Assembly: GCF_000016745.1 (NCBI RefSeq)
Contig: NC_009483.1
Location: 3,270,001-3,302,000 of the forward strand
Direction: 5' to 3'
DNA from: Geotalea uraniireducens Rf4
GTDB lineage: Bacteria; Desulfobacterota; Desulfuromonadia; Geobacterales; Geobacteraceae
Length of the DNA: 32,000 nucleotides
A program made the translations under genes and the position numbers. Below the pieces are notes generated by a model. The model did no database searches, was not told where the DNA came from, and saw only the letters and a list, made by a program, of their open reading frames with translations. Positions within the stretch are counted from its first letter, which is position 1. Every line of letters begins with the position of its first letter. Of the stretch, positions 23,889 through 31,515 are shown one piece after another.

Positions 23889-24440
23889 TCAGGGCTTCTT
23901 CCTGGCCTTCTTTTTTGAAACTCTGATATCGAGGATGCCGTTTTTGTAAGAGGATTTGAGTGTGGCCGGATCGACAGACGATGGCAGGGGAATCTCTTTC
24001 ATGTATTTCCTGTCCTTATTCCCGGCCTTGAGGAAAAGGGTATCGCCTTTAACATCGATGCTGATGTGCTCATTTTCCACACCGGGCATCTCCGCAACCA
24101 CCACCACGTGATCCTTCTCATCGAACACGTCTATCATCGGCTCCCTGACCTCCTCCACCACAGGCCCTTTTGCGGTGTCCCTGACGTTACCGAAGGACTC
24201 TACAACGGGCTTGCCGCCCATGGTCCGCACCGTAAAGCCGTAGACACCTTTCGCCTCCTTAGGCATTCCCCTTATCTCACCCTCCTTGCGGATCTCTTCC
24301 CCCTTTTCAGCCGCTGTGGCGGCAAGGTCAATAAGGGTTCCAAGCCCCTTGAAGAGCCCTCCAAAAGAGACTTTGCCCAGACCGAAATCGATCTCTACCC
24401 CCTCTTCCTCTTTTTCCGCTTTCTTTTTTCTCTCAGCCAT
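23889..24440 (-). CDS. Hsp20/alpha-crystallin small heat-shock protein (GvpH-like position)
   Basis: The alpha-crystallin domain is IDVFDEKDHVVVVAEMPGVENEHISIDVKGDTLFLKAG...EIPLPSSVDPATLKSSYKNGILDIRV. A Lys/Glu-rich N-terminus precedes it. Confidence 0.88.
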   Translation of the reverse strand: MAERKKKAEKEEEGVEIDFGLGKVSFGGLFKGLGTLIDLAATAAEKGEEIRKEGEIRGMPKEAKGVYGFTVRTMGGKPVVESFGNVRDTAKGPVVEEVREPMIDVFDEKDHVVVVAEMPGVENEHISIDVKGDTLFLKAGNKDRKYMKEIPLPSSVDPATLKSSYKNGILDIRVSKKKARKKP

Positions 24441-24467
24441 GTTAACCCCCTGGTCCTCTTCTTCGCC

Positions 24468-25217
24468 TCATTTCCATTCCACGACTAGGTTCACAAAATT
24501 GAAAGGCGGTATTGGACCGACATATTTGAATATGAGCCTATCCTTGTTTGCGGCGTCGAGTTCCGTCATTCTCTCGTCAAACTCCCTTATCCGCCCACGT
24601 TCTACAAGGAAAGCCGCATTTAAATTCATGTTGTCTCCATGGAGTTTATTTACGCTGGTTCTGCGGGATATCGGCTTCAACTTGTCGAGGATATATCCCG
24701 CTTCCCGTTCCTTTCTGGCCACAAGCGCCGCCTGGACCATCCGGCCGAGGTTGATCCTGTCAGCGTAACACTTATCCGGCGGGACCGAGGCTATTTTCCC
24801 CTTCAGTCTCTTTATTTCCGGTTCCGTTTCTCCGATTTCATGAAATACCTCGTTTAAATCCTTCCAGAGGGACTTCACCCCGAGCTCCACCATGTTGTCC
24901 ATATCCCTAAGGAGTTCCTTGAACTCCATATATCTCTTTCTCAACACCCTGCGGATATCTTCCACGCTTTCAGCGACGGTGCAGAACCTCACAGGGAGGA
25001 CCGTATGATCCTTCATGACCTCTTCGATGACCTTCTGATGGGCCAGCAGATTTTCTCTGGTAAGGGTGTATTTGATCACAGGGGTCCCGCTGATAACTGC
25101 AGCGATGTTCTCGCAATTTATGGTGGTTACCACATCTCCACGGCCACCGATCCCCATGGGACCGAAATTTCTCGCGTCATCAGTCCCTATGATGCAATAT
25201 AAATAATTGTTTTCCAC
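24468..25217 (-). CDS. gvpF/L: GvpF/GvpL-family gas vesicle assembly protein
   Basis: YLYCIIGTDD..., LLAHQKVIEEVMKDHTVLPVRF, NLNAAFLVERGRIREFDERM and FKYVGPIPPFNFV. The GTG start has GGAGA 6 nt upstream. Confidence 0.85.
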   Translation of the reverse strand: MENNYLYCIIGTDDARNFGPMGIGGRGDVVTTINCENIAAVISGTPVIKYTLTRENLLAHQKVIEEVMKDHTVLPVRFCTVAESVEDIRRVLRKRYMEFKELLRDMDNMVELGVKSLWKDLNEVFHEIGETEPEIKRLKGKIASVPPDKCYADRINLGRMVQAALVARKEREAGYILDKLKPISRRTSVNKLHGDNMNLNAAFLVERGRIREFDERMTELDAANKDRLIFKYVGPIPPFNFVNLVVEWK

Positions 25218-25246
25218 CCATGGTCTCCGAAATACAAAATTCCCTC

Positions 25247-25324
25247 TTAGTCCCTTAGAAAAATTATTTGCATGTTTTTTGCGAAGAATTTTTCGTGAAG
25301 GGACTTATCCCGTTCATCGGGGTT
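25247..25324. repeat. Copy B (intact) of the 78-bp intergenic module; contains an interrupted palindrome
   Basis: Identical to the split copy A. On the minus strand it reads AGTCCCTT-cac-GAAAAATT-(21 nt)-AATTTTTC-t-AAGGGACT, that is, two 8-bp arm pairs. It lies immediately upstream of the RBS of the downstream gvp gene. Confidence 0.9.
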
Positions 25325-25342
25325 TGTATGAGGGGTCTTATC

Positions 25343-25660
25343 TCAATAATCCATAACCATCGTCTTGAATTTTTCCTTTGCCCCCTTCGGAGCATTTTCT
25401 TTGGAATTCCTTTTCCCGTCTTCCTTCAATACGGTTTTTCCAATATTTATTATTTCTTTTCCGAGATCTTTCAGGTCATCCTCTATACTCTTCTTTCTCT
25501 TGAGCAGGGCGTGCAACTCCAATTCCAGTTTGGTCCTTTTCCGCGTCAATACATAGAGGTCAAGGTAGCGGTTCACCGAAGCCTTCGGCACGGAACGGAT
25601 TTTCGTTCTTGGGGCGGTTCTTGGAGCGGTTCTTATAATTGATCCACTTGTAATGCTCAC
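25343..25660 (-). CDS. Small basic coiled-coil protein in the gvpV position (tentative GvpV-like)
   Basis: GTG start with a GGAGGG RBS 7 nt upstream. It has an N-terminal RTAPRTAPRT repeat and then RYLDLYVLTRKRTKLELELHALLKRKKSIEDDLKDL. It sits directly after gvpN, as gvpV does in Serratia/Anabaena-type clusters. Homology is not verifiable here. Confidence 0.5.
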   Translation of the reverse strand: MSITSGSIIRTAPRTAPRTKIRSVPKASVNRYLDLYVLTRKRTKLELELHALLKRKKSIEDDLKDLGKEIINIGKTVLKEDGKRNSKENAPKGAKEKFKTMVMDY

Positions 25661-25686
25661 GTTGCAACCCTCCGTTTTTTTCAGCT

Positions 25687-26709
25687 TTACAGCATGCTGA
25701 CTGCCTTGTCACCCACCGCTATTCTCTGGCCGACCTTAAGGGACGGTTTCGTATCCGTATTCATTTCCCCGGCTTCAGGGTTACTCCCACAGTGCCTGTC
25801 AACCAGTTCAGCTATGAACTCCTTAACCTTTTTTATATTGGCATCGCTTCCCACCCTGCTCGTTTCCGAGGCAAGTACATCAGTGCAGATACTCCTGAAT
25901 ATTTTGTTCCCCGCTTCGACCGCGGCCTTTCTTACCTTCGCAGTCTTTGCAATCATGATGCATCCCCTCACAGTGGGTGCAAACTCGTATTTCCCGGAAT
26001 CCCTGAGACTCCTGACGATATTCACAATTTTTTCCGAATCGTGCAGGGGCAATCCCGACTTTGCCGAGGTTATAGCCATTTCCGTCTCCTTGTCAGGATA
26101 GCTGATGTCTATCGTGACCATCCTGTCCCGCAGAGCGTCCTGGCTCCTGTAGACTCCCGCATACTCCTCGGGATTGCTTGTAAAGATCGCGACAAAATCC
26201 GGGTGCACCTTGAGATACCCTTCTCCCCCCCTTGCAGTGGGCATGCCCATCATCTTTTCCTGCAGGACAGACAGGAGAACGTTATTGGCTTCGGGCCTGG
26301 ACCTGGTAAATTCGTCATAGATCAGAGTGAACCCTTTTTTGCAGGCCAGCGTCAGCCGGCTGTCTATCCAGGAACTGTTCATGCTCTCTTCAGTCTTCAG
26401 GACTGAATGAATGAAGTTGTCCACGACCTTCTTTTTCCTGTAGCCATGCTGCCCCCCCACCAGGTCGGATGTGGAATGCTCCTCGTCACCATGCATGATA
26501 ACGAGCGGCCTGCCGAGCTTACTGGCAACATGCATGGCAATTGTGGTCTTGCCTGTACCTGAGGTCCCCCTGAAGTGGACGGGGAAACCAGCAGCAATAT
26601 AGGCAAGAGCCCGCTCCGTCACATCCCGGACATAGTCCGTTTCCACAAAGTTCGGCAAAGAACGGGGCTCTAAAACGGTCGCCAGTACTTCAGCATTTTC
26701 TTCCTGCAT
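25687..26709 (-). CDS. gvpN: Gas vesicle AAA+ ATPase GvpN (CbbQ/NirQ/NorQ/GvpN family)
   Basis: Walker A FRGTSGTGKTTIAMHVA, Walker B LIYDEFTRS, and an arginine-finger region. The size is ~340 aa. The AAGGAGAG RBS lies 6 nt upstream. Confidence 0.9.
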   Translation of the reverse strand: MQEENAEVLATVLEPRSLPNFVETDYVRDVTERALAYIAAGFPVHFRGTSGTGKTTIAMHVASKLGRPLVIMHGDEEHSTSDLVGGQHGYRKKKVVDNFIHSVLKTEESMNSSWIDSRLTLACKKGFTLIYDEFTRSRPEANNVLLSVLQEKMMGMPTARGGEGYLKVHPDFVAIFTSNPEEYAGVYRSQDALRDRMVTIDISYPDKETEMAITSAKSGLPLHDSEKIVNIVRSLRDSGKYEFAPTVRGCIMIAKTAKVRKAAVEAGNKIFRSICTDVLASETSRVGSDANIKKVKEFIAELVDRHCGSNPEAGEMNTDTKPSLKVGQRIAVGDKAVSML

Positions 26710-26760
26710 AGGCTCTCTCCTTGATTGGACCTATATTCCGGAATCCTGTTGCCTGAATAA

Positions 26761-27015
26761 TTAACAGGCTGCTGGAAAACACCGGAGTTTGAATGTTGTC
26801 CTGAACGCAGCATGGAACCTCTCAAACAGGTTATACCAATTCCAAATCAAGGCGCTATCTTCGTTGGCTCGTCTTCGGCTCCTCAACGTACGCAGTTGTA
26901 CGCCTTCGTCGCCTCAATCCTCGCCGCCTTGATTTCATCCTTGATTTGAAATTGGAATTACTCCCGCACCTTGTTCAGGATTCATCAGGTGTCAGTTTTC
27001 TCAACAGCCCGTTAA
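26761..27015. repeat. About 255-bp imperfect long inverted repeat filling most of the 385-bp gap upstream of gvpN (degenerate MITE or structured RNA)
   Basis: The outer arms are TTAACAGGCTGCTGG... and ...CTCAACAGCCCGTTAA. The inner arms are AATTCCAAATCAAGG and CCTTGATTTGAAATTGGAATT. The central hairpin is CGTAC-GCAGTT-GTACG. The arms were aligned by eye with several mismatches and indels. Confidence 0.5.
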
Positions 27016-27094
27016 AGGTTGTGCCATGCAGCGGGTCAGGTTCGATATTCTGCGGCACGGACCGCCTTCGGTTCAAGGACTCCTTGAAACCACT

Positions 27095-27430
27095 TTATTG
27101 TTTCGCACTTTTCCTGGCAGCGCCGCCTCTTTTCGCCTGCATAGTGGAGCCCAAGTGCCCCCATGCAGCAATTGCGTCGTCGTGCTCCTTTTTGAAACCC
27201 TTGAGAAGATTGCTCGTCTCTTTCTTCATGGAGTACCTTGCCTTGGAAAGATCCTGCCTGAGCTGTGACGCCATCTCACCCCGCTCCTTGTGAAGATCGT
27301 CAAGCATCCTGTGGACATCGTCAGTCATTTCGTGGACATCCTTTTTGATGGATGCAAGAACAGCCATCCTTTCATCAAAAGAAGCGGTAATATCCTGGGC
27401 TAGTGCCTTGAATCCGTCTACTCTTGCCAT
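27095..27430 (-). CDS. Hypothetical charged alpha-helical protein (111 aa) inside the gvp operon
   Basis: AAGGAG RBS 8 nt upstream. The sequence is rich in heptad-like charged helices (DERMAVLASIKKDVHEMTDDVHRMLDDLHKERGEMASQLRQDL). No family is recognised. Confidence 0.6.
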   Translation of the reverse strand: MARVDGFKALAQDITASFDERMAVLASIKKDVHEMTDDVHRMLDDLHKERGEMASQLRQDLSKARYSMKKETSNLLKGFKKEHDDAIAAWGHLGSTMQAKRGGAARKSAKQ

Positions 27431-27457
27431 TTTGGTATCTCCTTTCTTTTGAATTTT

Positions 27458-28105
27458 TCAACCCTGCCATGCCGTCTTGTCATAGAAACTGAACACCCCT
27501 TCCCACTGAGCGGCCACTTCCCGGCGTATCCTGTCAAACTCATCCAGTATCCGGTCTATCTCGTCACTGGATTCCCTGTCACGGTTACCGAGCGTCTTAA
27601 CCACGGATTTCAAGTCCTTTATCCTTACCTCCTCCCCTTTGGACAAAAGATTTTTCAATGCCGCTATCAACTCTTCCTGCTCCAGCTGGAACTTCATCAG
27701 TGACTTTGCCACCTCTTTCTCTCGTTCCCTGAGCCGCAAAAGGATATCCCTCTTCATTATTTCAAAATCGGCAGGGTTGCAATTCCCGGTGAGGACCTTC
27801 TTCAAGATGAGGATCATCTCCCCTTCTTCCTGCCATATAGTTTCCAGCTGCTGCCGGGTTTTTGTCTCTCTTTCTCTCCTCTTGGCCAGGACGGTTTCCA
27901 TCAGGGCATCAAAGTCCTTTTTTCTCATCCCCCCATGCCTCGAGAGATTTTCCTTCAAACGTCTGCTCATCTCATCCTGTTCCCTGCAATAGTTATTCAC
28001 ACGTTTCATTGCTTCAACAACGAGAGTATTGACAAGCTTTAACCGCTTTTCGTACGATTTTATGATCTCCAACCCTATAGTTCTCAAAGGTTCCTGAAAC
28101 TCCAT
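27458..28105 (-). CDS. Charged helical repeat protein in the gvpC position (candidate GvpC functional analogue)
   Basis: The ATG at 28105 has GGAG 6 nt upstream. There are two clear ~47-aa internal repeats: KKDFDALMETVLAKRRERETKTRQQLETIWQEEGEMILILKKVLT and PADFEIMKRDILLRLREREKEVAKSLMKFQLEQEELIAALKNLLS. It lies directly downstream of gvpA. Confidence 0.6.
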   Translation of the reverse strand: MEFQEPLRTIGLEIIKSYEKRLKLVNTLVVEAMKRVNNYCREQDEMSRRLKENLSRHGGMRKKDFDALMETVLAKRRERETKTRQQLETIWQEEGEMILILKKVLTGNCNPADFEIMKRDILLRLREREKEVAKSLMKFQLEQEELIAALKNLLSKGEEVRIKDLKSVVKTLGNRDRESSDEIDRILDEFDRIRREVAAQWEGVFSFYDKTAWQG

Positions 28106-28195
28106 TTCCAACTCCGCTCATAATCCTTGTACGGTTTCGCGTCTACTGTTTGTGTGAATGGAGATGGAGACATGCTTGAGTAACTTGTTTATAAT

Positions 28196-28215
28196 AAAGG
28201 GGCATTGGCGCCTTT
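28196..28215 (-). terminator. Weak hairpin after gvpA (possible attenuating terminator)
   Basis: AAAGGGGC-ATTG-GCGCCTTT forms a stem with one mismatch. On the minus strand it is followed by ATTATAAAC. Marginal. Confidence 0.2.
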
Positions 28216-28253
28216 ATGCCTCAAGGATGTCCTCCGCGTCGATTTTTCGGATC

Positions 28254-28472
28254 TTACGCATGCATTGCCGTCGCAGTGGTTGTAAGGCCTACTGCCTCGG
28301 CATACTTAAGGAAAGTATCCACAGAGGCAACAACGACCCTCGCTTCGATAGCGAGAAGCTCGATCCCCACTAAGGAAACCCTTGCCCAAGCATCGATACA
28401 TACGCCCTTGTCCAGGATCCTGTCGATTACCTCGACGAGACTGGAAGATGCATTTGTTTTCTCAACTGCCAT
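28254..28472 (-). CDS. gvpA: Major gas vesicle structural protein GvpA
   Basis: [63 protein letters not shown] is nearly identical in pattern to canonical GvpA. The start is set at the ATG at 28472, with an AGGGGG RBS, not the GTG at 28481. Confidence 0.95.
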   Translation of the reverse strand: MAVEKTNASSSLVEVIDRILDKGVCIDAWARVSLVGIELLAIEARVVVASVDTFLKYAEAVGLTTTATAMHA

Positions 28473-28617
28473 GATATTCACCCCCTTTCTTTGAACTGGC
28501 GTGACACTCTAAACCCTTTATTCCATCGATCGATACGGAGCGATCCGTCTCACGCAAATCTTTTCCGCATGCGTCGTCGGTTACTTCAAAGTTTAGAGAT
28601 ATCTAATAAGAGACTAT

Positions 28618-28633
28618 TACAAGAGGTATGCCA
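28618..28633 (-). promoter_or_regulatory. Candidate sigma54 (-24/-12) promoter for gvpA: TGGCAT-N5-TTGTA
   Basis: The minus strand reads TGGCATACCTCTTGTA. The -24 GG and the spacing are correct, but the -12 element is GT instead of GC. It lies ~136 nt upstream of the gvpA ATG and downstream of an NtrC-type activator gene. Confidence 0.3.
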
Positions 28634-28726
28634 TAAATGTATTTATTGCTAAAAAAACTCTGAACCAGTTGATATATCGTGCTTTTCATTCGATAAAATA
28701 ATGGTACATCCATTCATTCCAGACTA

Positions 28727-30187
28727 TTATTCCTGAAAGGGGAAGGAAGCTCCTCCCCTTTCGGGGAAATGCTTCCCGCCTATTGGATTCCTGTTTCTGG
28801 CAGACCTGATCTGGCCTATCTTGGTACGGAGCGTCTTCGGGTCAATGTTCAGGAACCGGGAGACCCTGACCATATTAAGGTTTGATCTCTCCATTACATT
28901 CCTTATCACGGTCTCTTCGAGCCGGTCGCTCCACTTTTTGATCAACGCCTTCAGATCAAGAGAGCCCTCCAGCAGCCCCTTCTCTATCTCTTCCTCGACC
29001 TTTATCCCCGGGAAATGGCAATCCTCAGCATCTTCCGGCAGGGAAAAACTGCCCTTCCTGATGTATTCCGGCAGGTGTTTCGCCAAGATATCTCCGTCCG
29101 CAAGGATAACAGCTGACTTCACGACGTTTTCGAGTTCCCTCACGTTTCCGGGCCATGGATAGGCATTCAGGAGCAGCAAGGCTTCCTCGGAGATATTGGC
29201 CGCATTACCGAATTCTTCGGAATAGGCGGCCAGGAAATGACGGATCAGGACGTCCACATCCTTTACCCTATCCCTGAGGGAAGGTATCGCTATCGTCATC
29301 TGGCTGAACCTGTAAAAGAGGTCCTTCCTGAACACTCCGTTGTTAATAATCTCCGTAAGGGGGATGTTACTTGCCGCGACTATCCTGACATCCACTTTAA
29401 TTGCCTTGGTGCCGCCGACCCTCTCGATCTGCTTTTCTTCGACAGCCCTCAAGAGCTTGGCCTGATTGGAAGACGAGAGGTTTTCAACTTCGTCTATGAA
29501 CAACGTTCCTCCATGGGCCCTTTCGAACTTTCCGATCTTCCTTTCGGTGGCCCCTGTAAACGCCCCCTTCTCGTGTCCGAACAGCTCGCTTTCAATGAGC
29601 GTCTCCGAGAGGGCGGCGCAGTCCAGTGGAACAAACGGCCCGCTGCGTCTCTTGCTTTTCTGGTGGATGGCCCTGGCAAACAATTCCTTCCCGGTTCCGC
29701 TCTCCCCCTGGAGAAGGATGGTAATGTCCGAAAGGGCGAACTTATCCACCAATCGAAAGACTTTTTTCATCTGGGGGCTTGAACCCACAATGCCGCAATG
29801 GTCGTTGCCGGCAATGTTTCTTGCACTTATCACCCCGTTTATAAATCTTTTGAAGTCGTAATGGTTGAAAGGCTTCTGGACGAAGTCCATTGCACCCATC
29901 TTGATGGAGCGGACCGCGGTTTCGATACTCCCGTAGGCCGTCATCATCACGATAGGGGTTCCCCTGACGGCGTCCTTCATATCCCTGAGCATGTCCATGC
30001 CGTCTATATCCGGAAGGTTTATATCGAGCAGAATGATGTCGGGAAGACTCTCTTCCAGCACCCTCTTCATGGCCTCCTTGCCGGTTGTTACCTGCTCTAT
30101 TTCATAATTGTCACCGGCGAGAAGCCTCGACACTATCTTTCCCACATCCTTCTCATCATCAACCAGAAGAATCCTATGCATTTTCAT
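28727..30187 (-). CDS. Sigma54-dependent NtrC-family response regulator (REC, AAA+, Fis-type HTH); GvrA-like position
   Basis: The REC domain has ILLVDDE...DIILLDINLPDIDG. The AAA+ domain has Walker A GESGTGKELFARAIH, the GAFTGA loop, and LFIDEV. The C-terminal HTH is NMVRVSRFLNIDPKTLRTKI. The start is placed at the ATG at 30187 (MKMHRILLV), overlapping the end of the kinase gene. Confidence 0.9.
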   Translation of the reverse strand: MKMHRILLVDDEKDVGKIVSRLLAGDNYEIEQVTTGKEAMKRVLEESLPDIILLDINLPDIDGMDMLRDMKDAVRGTPIVMMTAYGSIETAVRSIKMGAMDFVQKPFNHYDFKRFINGVISARNIAGNDHCGIVGSSPQMKKVFRLVDKFALSDITILLQGESGTGKELFARAIHQKSKRRSGPFVPLDCAALSETLIESELFGHEKGAFTGATERKIGKFERAHGGTLFIDEVENLSSSNQAKLLRAVEEKQIERVGGTKAIKVDVRIVAASNIPLTEIINNGVFRKDLFYRFSQMTIAIPSLRDRVKDVDVLIRHFLAAYSEEFGNAANISEEALLLLNAYPWPGNVRELENVVKSAVILADGDILAKHLPEYIRKGSFSLPEDAEDCHFPGIKVEEEIEKGLLEGSLDLKALIKKWSDRLEETVIRNVMERSNLNMVRVSRFLNIDPKTLRTKIGQIRSARNRNPIGGKHFPERGGASFPFQE

Positions 30188-31229
30188 CTTTTCTCCCATC
30201 GGCCGGAAGAAGAATAGAAACGGTTGTCCCTACGCCTTCCTTGCTGGTGACCGTAATCCTGCCGTTATGCTCTCTGACGATGTTCCTGACAATGAAGAGC
30301 CCAAGACCGTTCCCGTTGCACTTGGTAGTATGGAACGGTTTGAAAATCGTCTTCATATCCTTTTCGGATATCCCGATGCCGCTGTCCGTAACCTCCACAA
30401 GAACCGCGTCCTTTCCGTCGAGATCAACTCTCTTTGCCGCTACGGAAAACTTTCCTCCGTTGGGCATCGCCTCGATTGAGTTCTTGACCAGGTTCAGAAA
30501 TACCTGCTTCAAGCGATGGGGATTGCAGCATACTATCGGAAGATTATCCTCGATGGATGCCTCGATCACCACGCCGTGCCCCTCACATTCCTTCTCGACA
30601 AAGTGCAGGATCTGTGAAAGGCTGCTGCAGATATCGTGAAAAACGATCTGTTCTTTATTGGGCCTCGAAAACTCCGAAATGTCTTTCAACAACTCGTGCA
30701 TCCTGTCGATGTTTTCCATGACCACCTGGCTGTACATGGTCAAATCGCCGCCCATCCTTGTCAGGTGGTCGTTAAGGAATCGCATGGTGGATTTCATGAT
30801 CCCCAGCGGATTCCCGATTTCGTGGGTGATGCAGGTGGCCAACTGTCCCATGGCAAAGAGCTTTTCCGCCTGCAGAAACTTCTCCTCCAGCCACATCCTT
30901 TCCGACAGCTCTTCCATGAGGACGATGATCCCGTCCGGCGTAACGGATGTTGCGCTTTTCATCACGACCCTCAGGTCAATACCGTTGTTCAGGCGAAGCC
31001 TGCTTTCCCTTCTGCCGACCTCCCCCCCCAAAACATCTTCCATCATCCCCTTGAGAGTATCGTCCGGGACAATTTCGGAAAAGGGCCTGTTCAGAATTTC
31101 TTCGTCGATTGAAAAGAGATCCATGAAATCGCTGTTGGCCGCTTGAATGCGGAACTCACTCCCGAGGAGGAGGGCCGCCATGGGTATTGCCTCGAAAACA
31201 TGCGGGAACAGCAGGGATACTTCATTCAT
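30174..31229 (-). CDS. Cytoplasmic PAS-HisKA-HATPase sensor histidine kinase (GvrB-like position)
   Basis: It has an N-terminal PAS-like region, the H-box ATCITHEIGNPL, the N-box LNLVKNSIEAM, and G-boxes DSGIGI and GNGLGLFIVRNIV. GAGGTGA RBS. Confidence 0.85.
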   Translation of the reverse strand: MNEVSLLFPHVFEAIPMAALLLGSEFRIQAANSDFMDLFSIDEEILNRPFSEIVPDDTLKGMMEDVLGGEVGRRESRLRLNNGIDLRVVMKSATSVTPDGIIVLMEELSERMWLEEKFLQAEKLFAMGQLATCITHEIGNPLGIMKSTMRFLNDHLTRMGGDLTMYSQVVMENIDRMHELLKDISEFSRPNKEQIVFHDICSSLSQILHFVEKECEGHGVVIEASIEDNLPIVCCNPHRLKQVFLNLVKNSIEAMPNGGKFSVAAKRVDLDGKDAVLVEVTDSGIGISEKDMKTIFKPFHTTKCNGNGLGLFIVRNIVREHNGRITVTSKEGVGTTVSILLPADGRKDENA

Positions 31230-31337
31230 CAGTCACCTCGTTGCGCCCCTGAAATCTTTCGACAATTATTCACGCAAAGCCGGAACGCAAAGATATCCAA
31301 AATCTGAACAAGACGCAGATCAAATCAAAAGACATCG

Positions 31338-31458
31338 CACCCTCCCCCGACCCCTCCTTTAGGCCCTTTGGGTCCATCAAGGGAGGGGAGCATTAAAGTC
31401 CCCTCGCCCCTTGTGGACCCATATTGCGGGCCTAAAGGAGAGGGTTAGGGTGAGGGGA
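31338..31458. repeat. GC-rich nested palindrome (about 120 bp) between the AAA ATPase gene and the kinase gene
   Basis: The outer arms are CCCCTCCTTTAGGCCC (31351-31366) and GGGCCTAAAGGAGAGG (31428-31443). The inner arms are GGGTCCATCAAGGGAGGGGAG (31370-31390) and TCCCCTCGCCCCTTGTGGACCC (31399-31420). The loop is CATTAAAG. C-rich and G-rich flanks extend the pairing. Confidence 0.6.
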
Positions 31459-31515
31459 AAGTGCGGATGTAAAAACTGGACAGTGCTGACTCTTTGTGGT
31501 GAAAAGTTTTAAGAT

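Noticed and set aside
25270-25290. Minus-strand TTCGCA-N7-ATGCA inside the 78-bp module as a sigma54 promoter
   Set aside because: The spacing matches -24/-12, but the near-invariant GG is CG. That is not enough to call a promoter.
27011-27026. Minus-strand TGGCAC-N5-TTAAC as a sigma54 promoter for gvpN
   Set aside because: The -24 element is perfect, but the -12 element lacks the GC dinucleotide entirely. It lies >300 nt upstream of gvpN with the long palindrome in between. It is mentioned only as context.
28158-28494. Plus-strand ORFs of 71 and 92 aa
   Set aside because: They are antisense to gvpA and its downstream spacer, so they are shadow frames.
28526-28535. Perfect 10-bp palindrome ATCGATCGAT in the gvpA leader
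   Set aside because: It is short enough to occur by chance and has no second copy or flanking symmetry. It is noted but not called a regulatory site.
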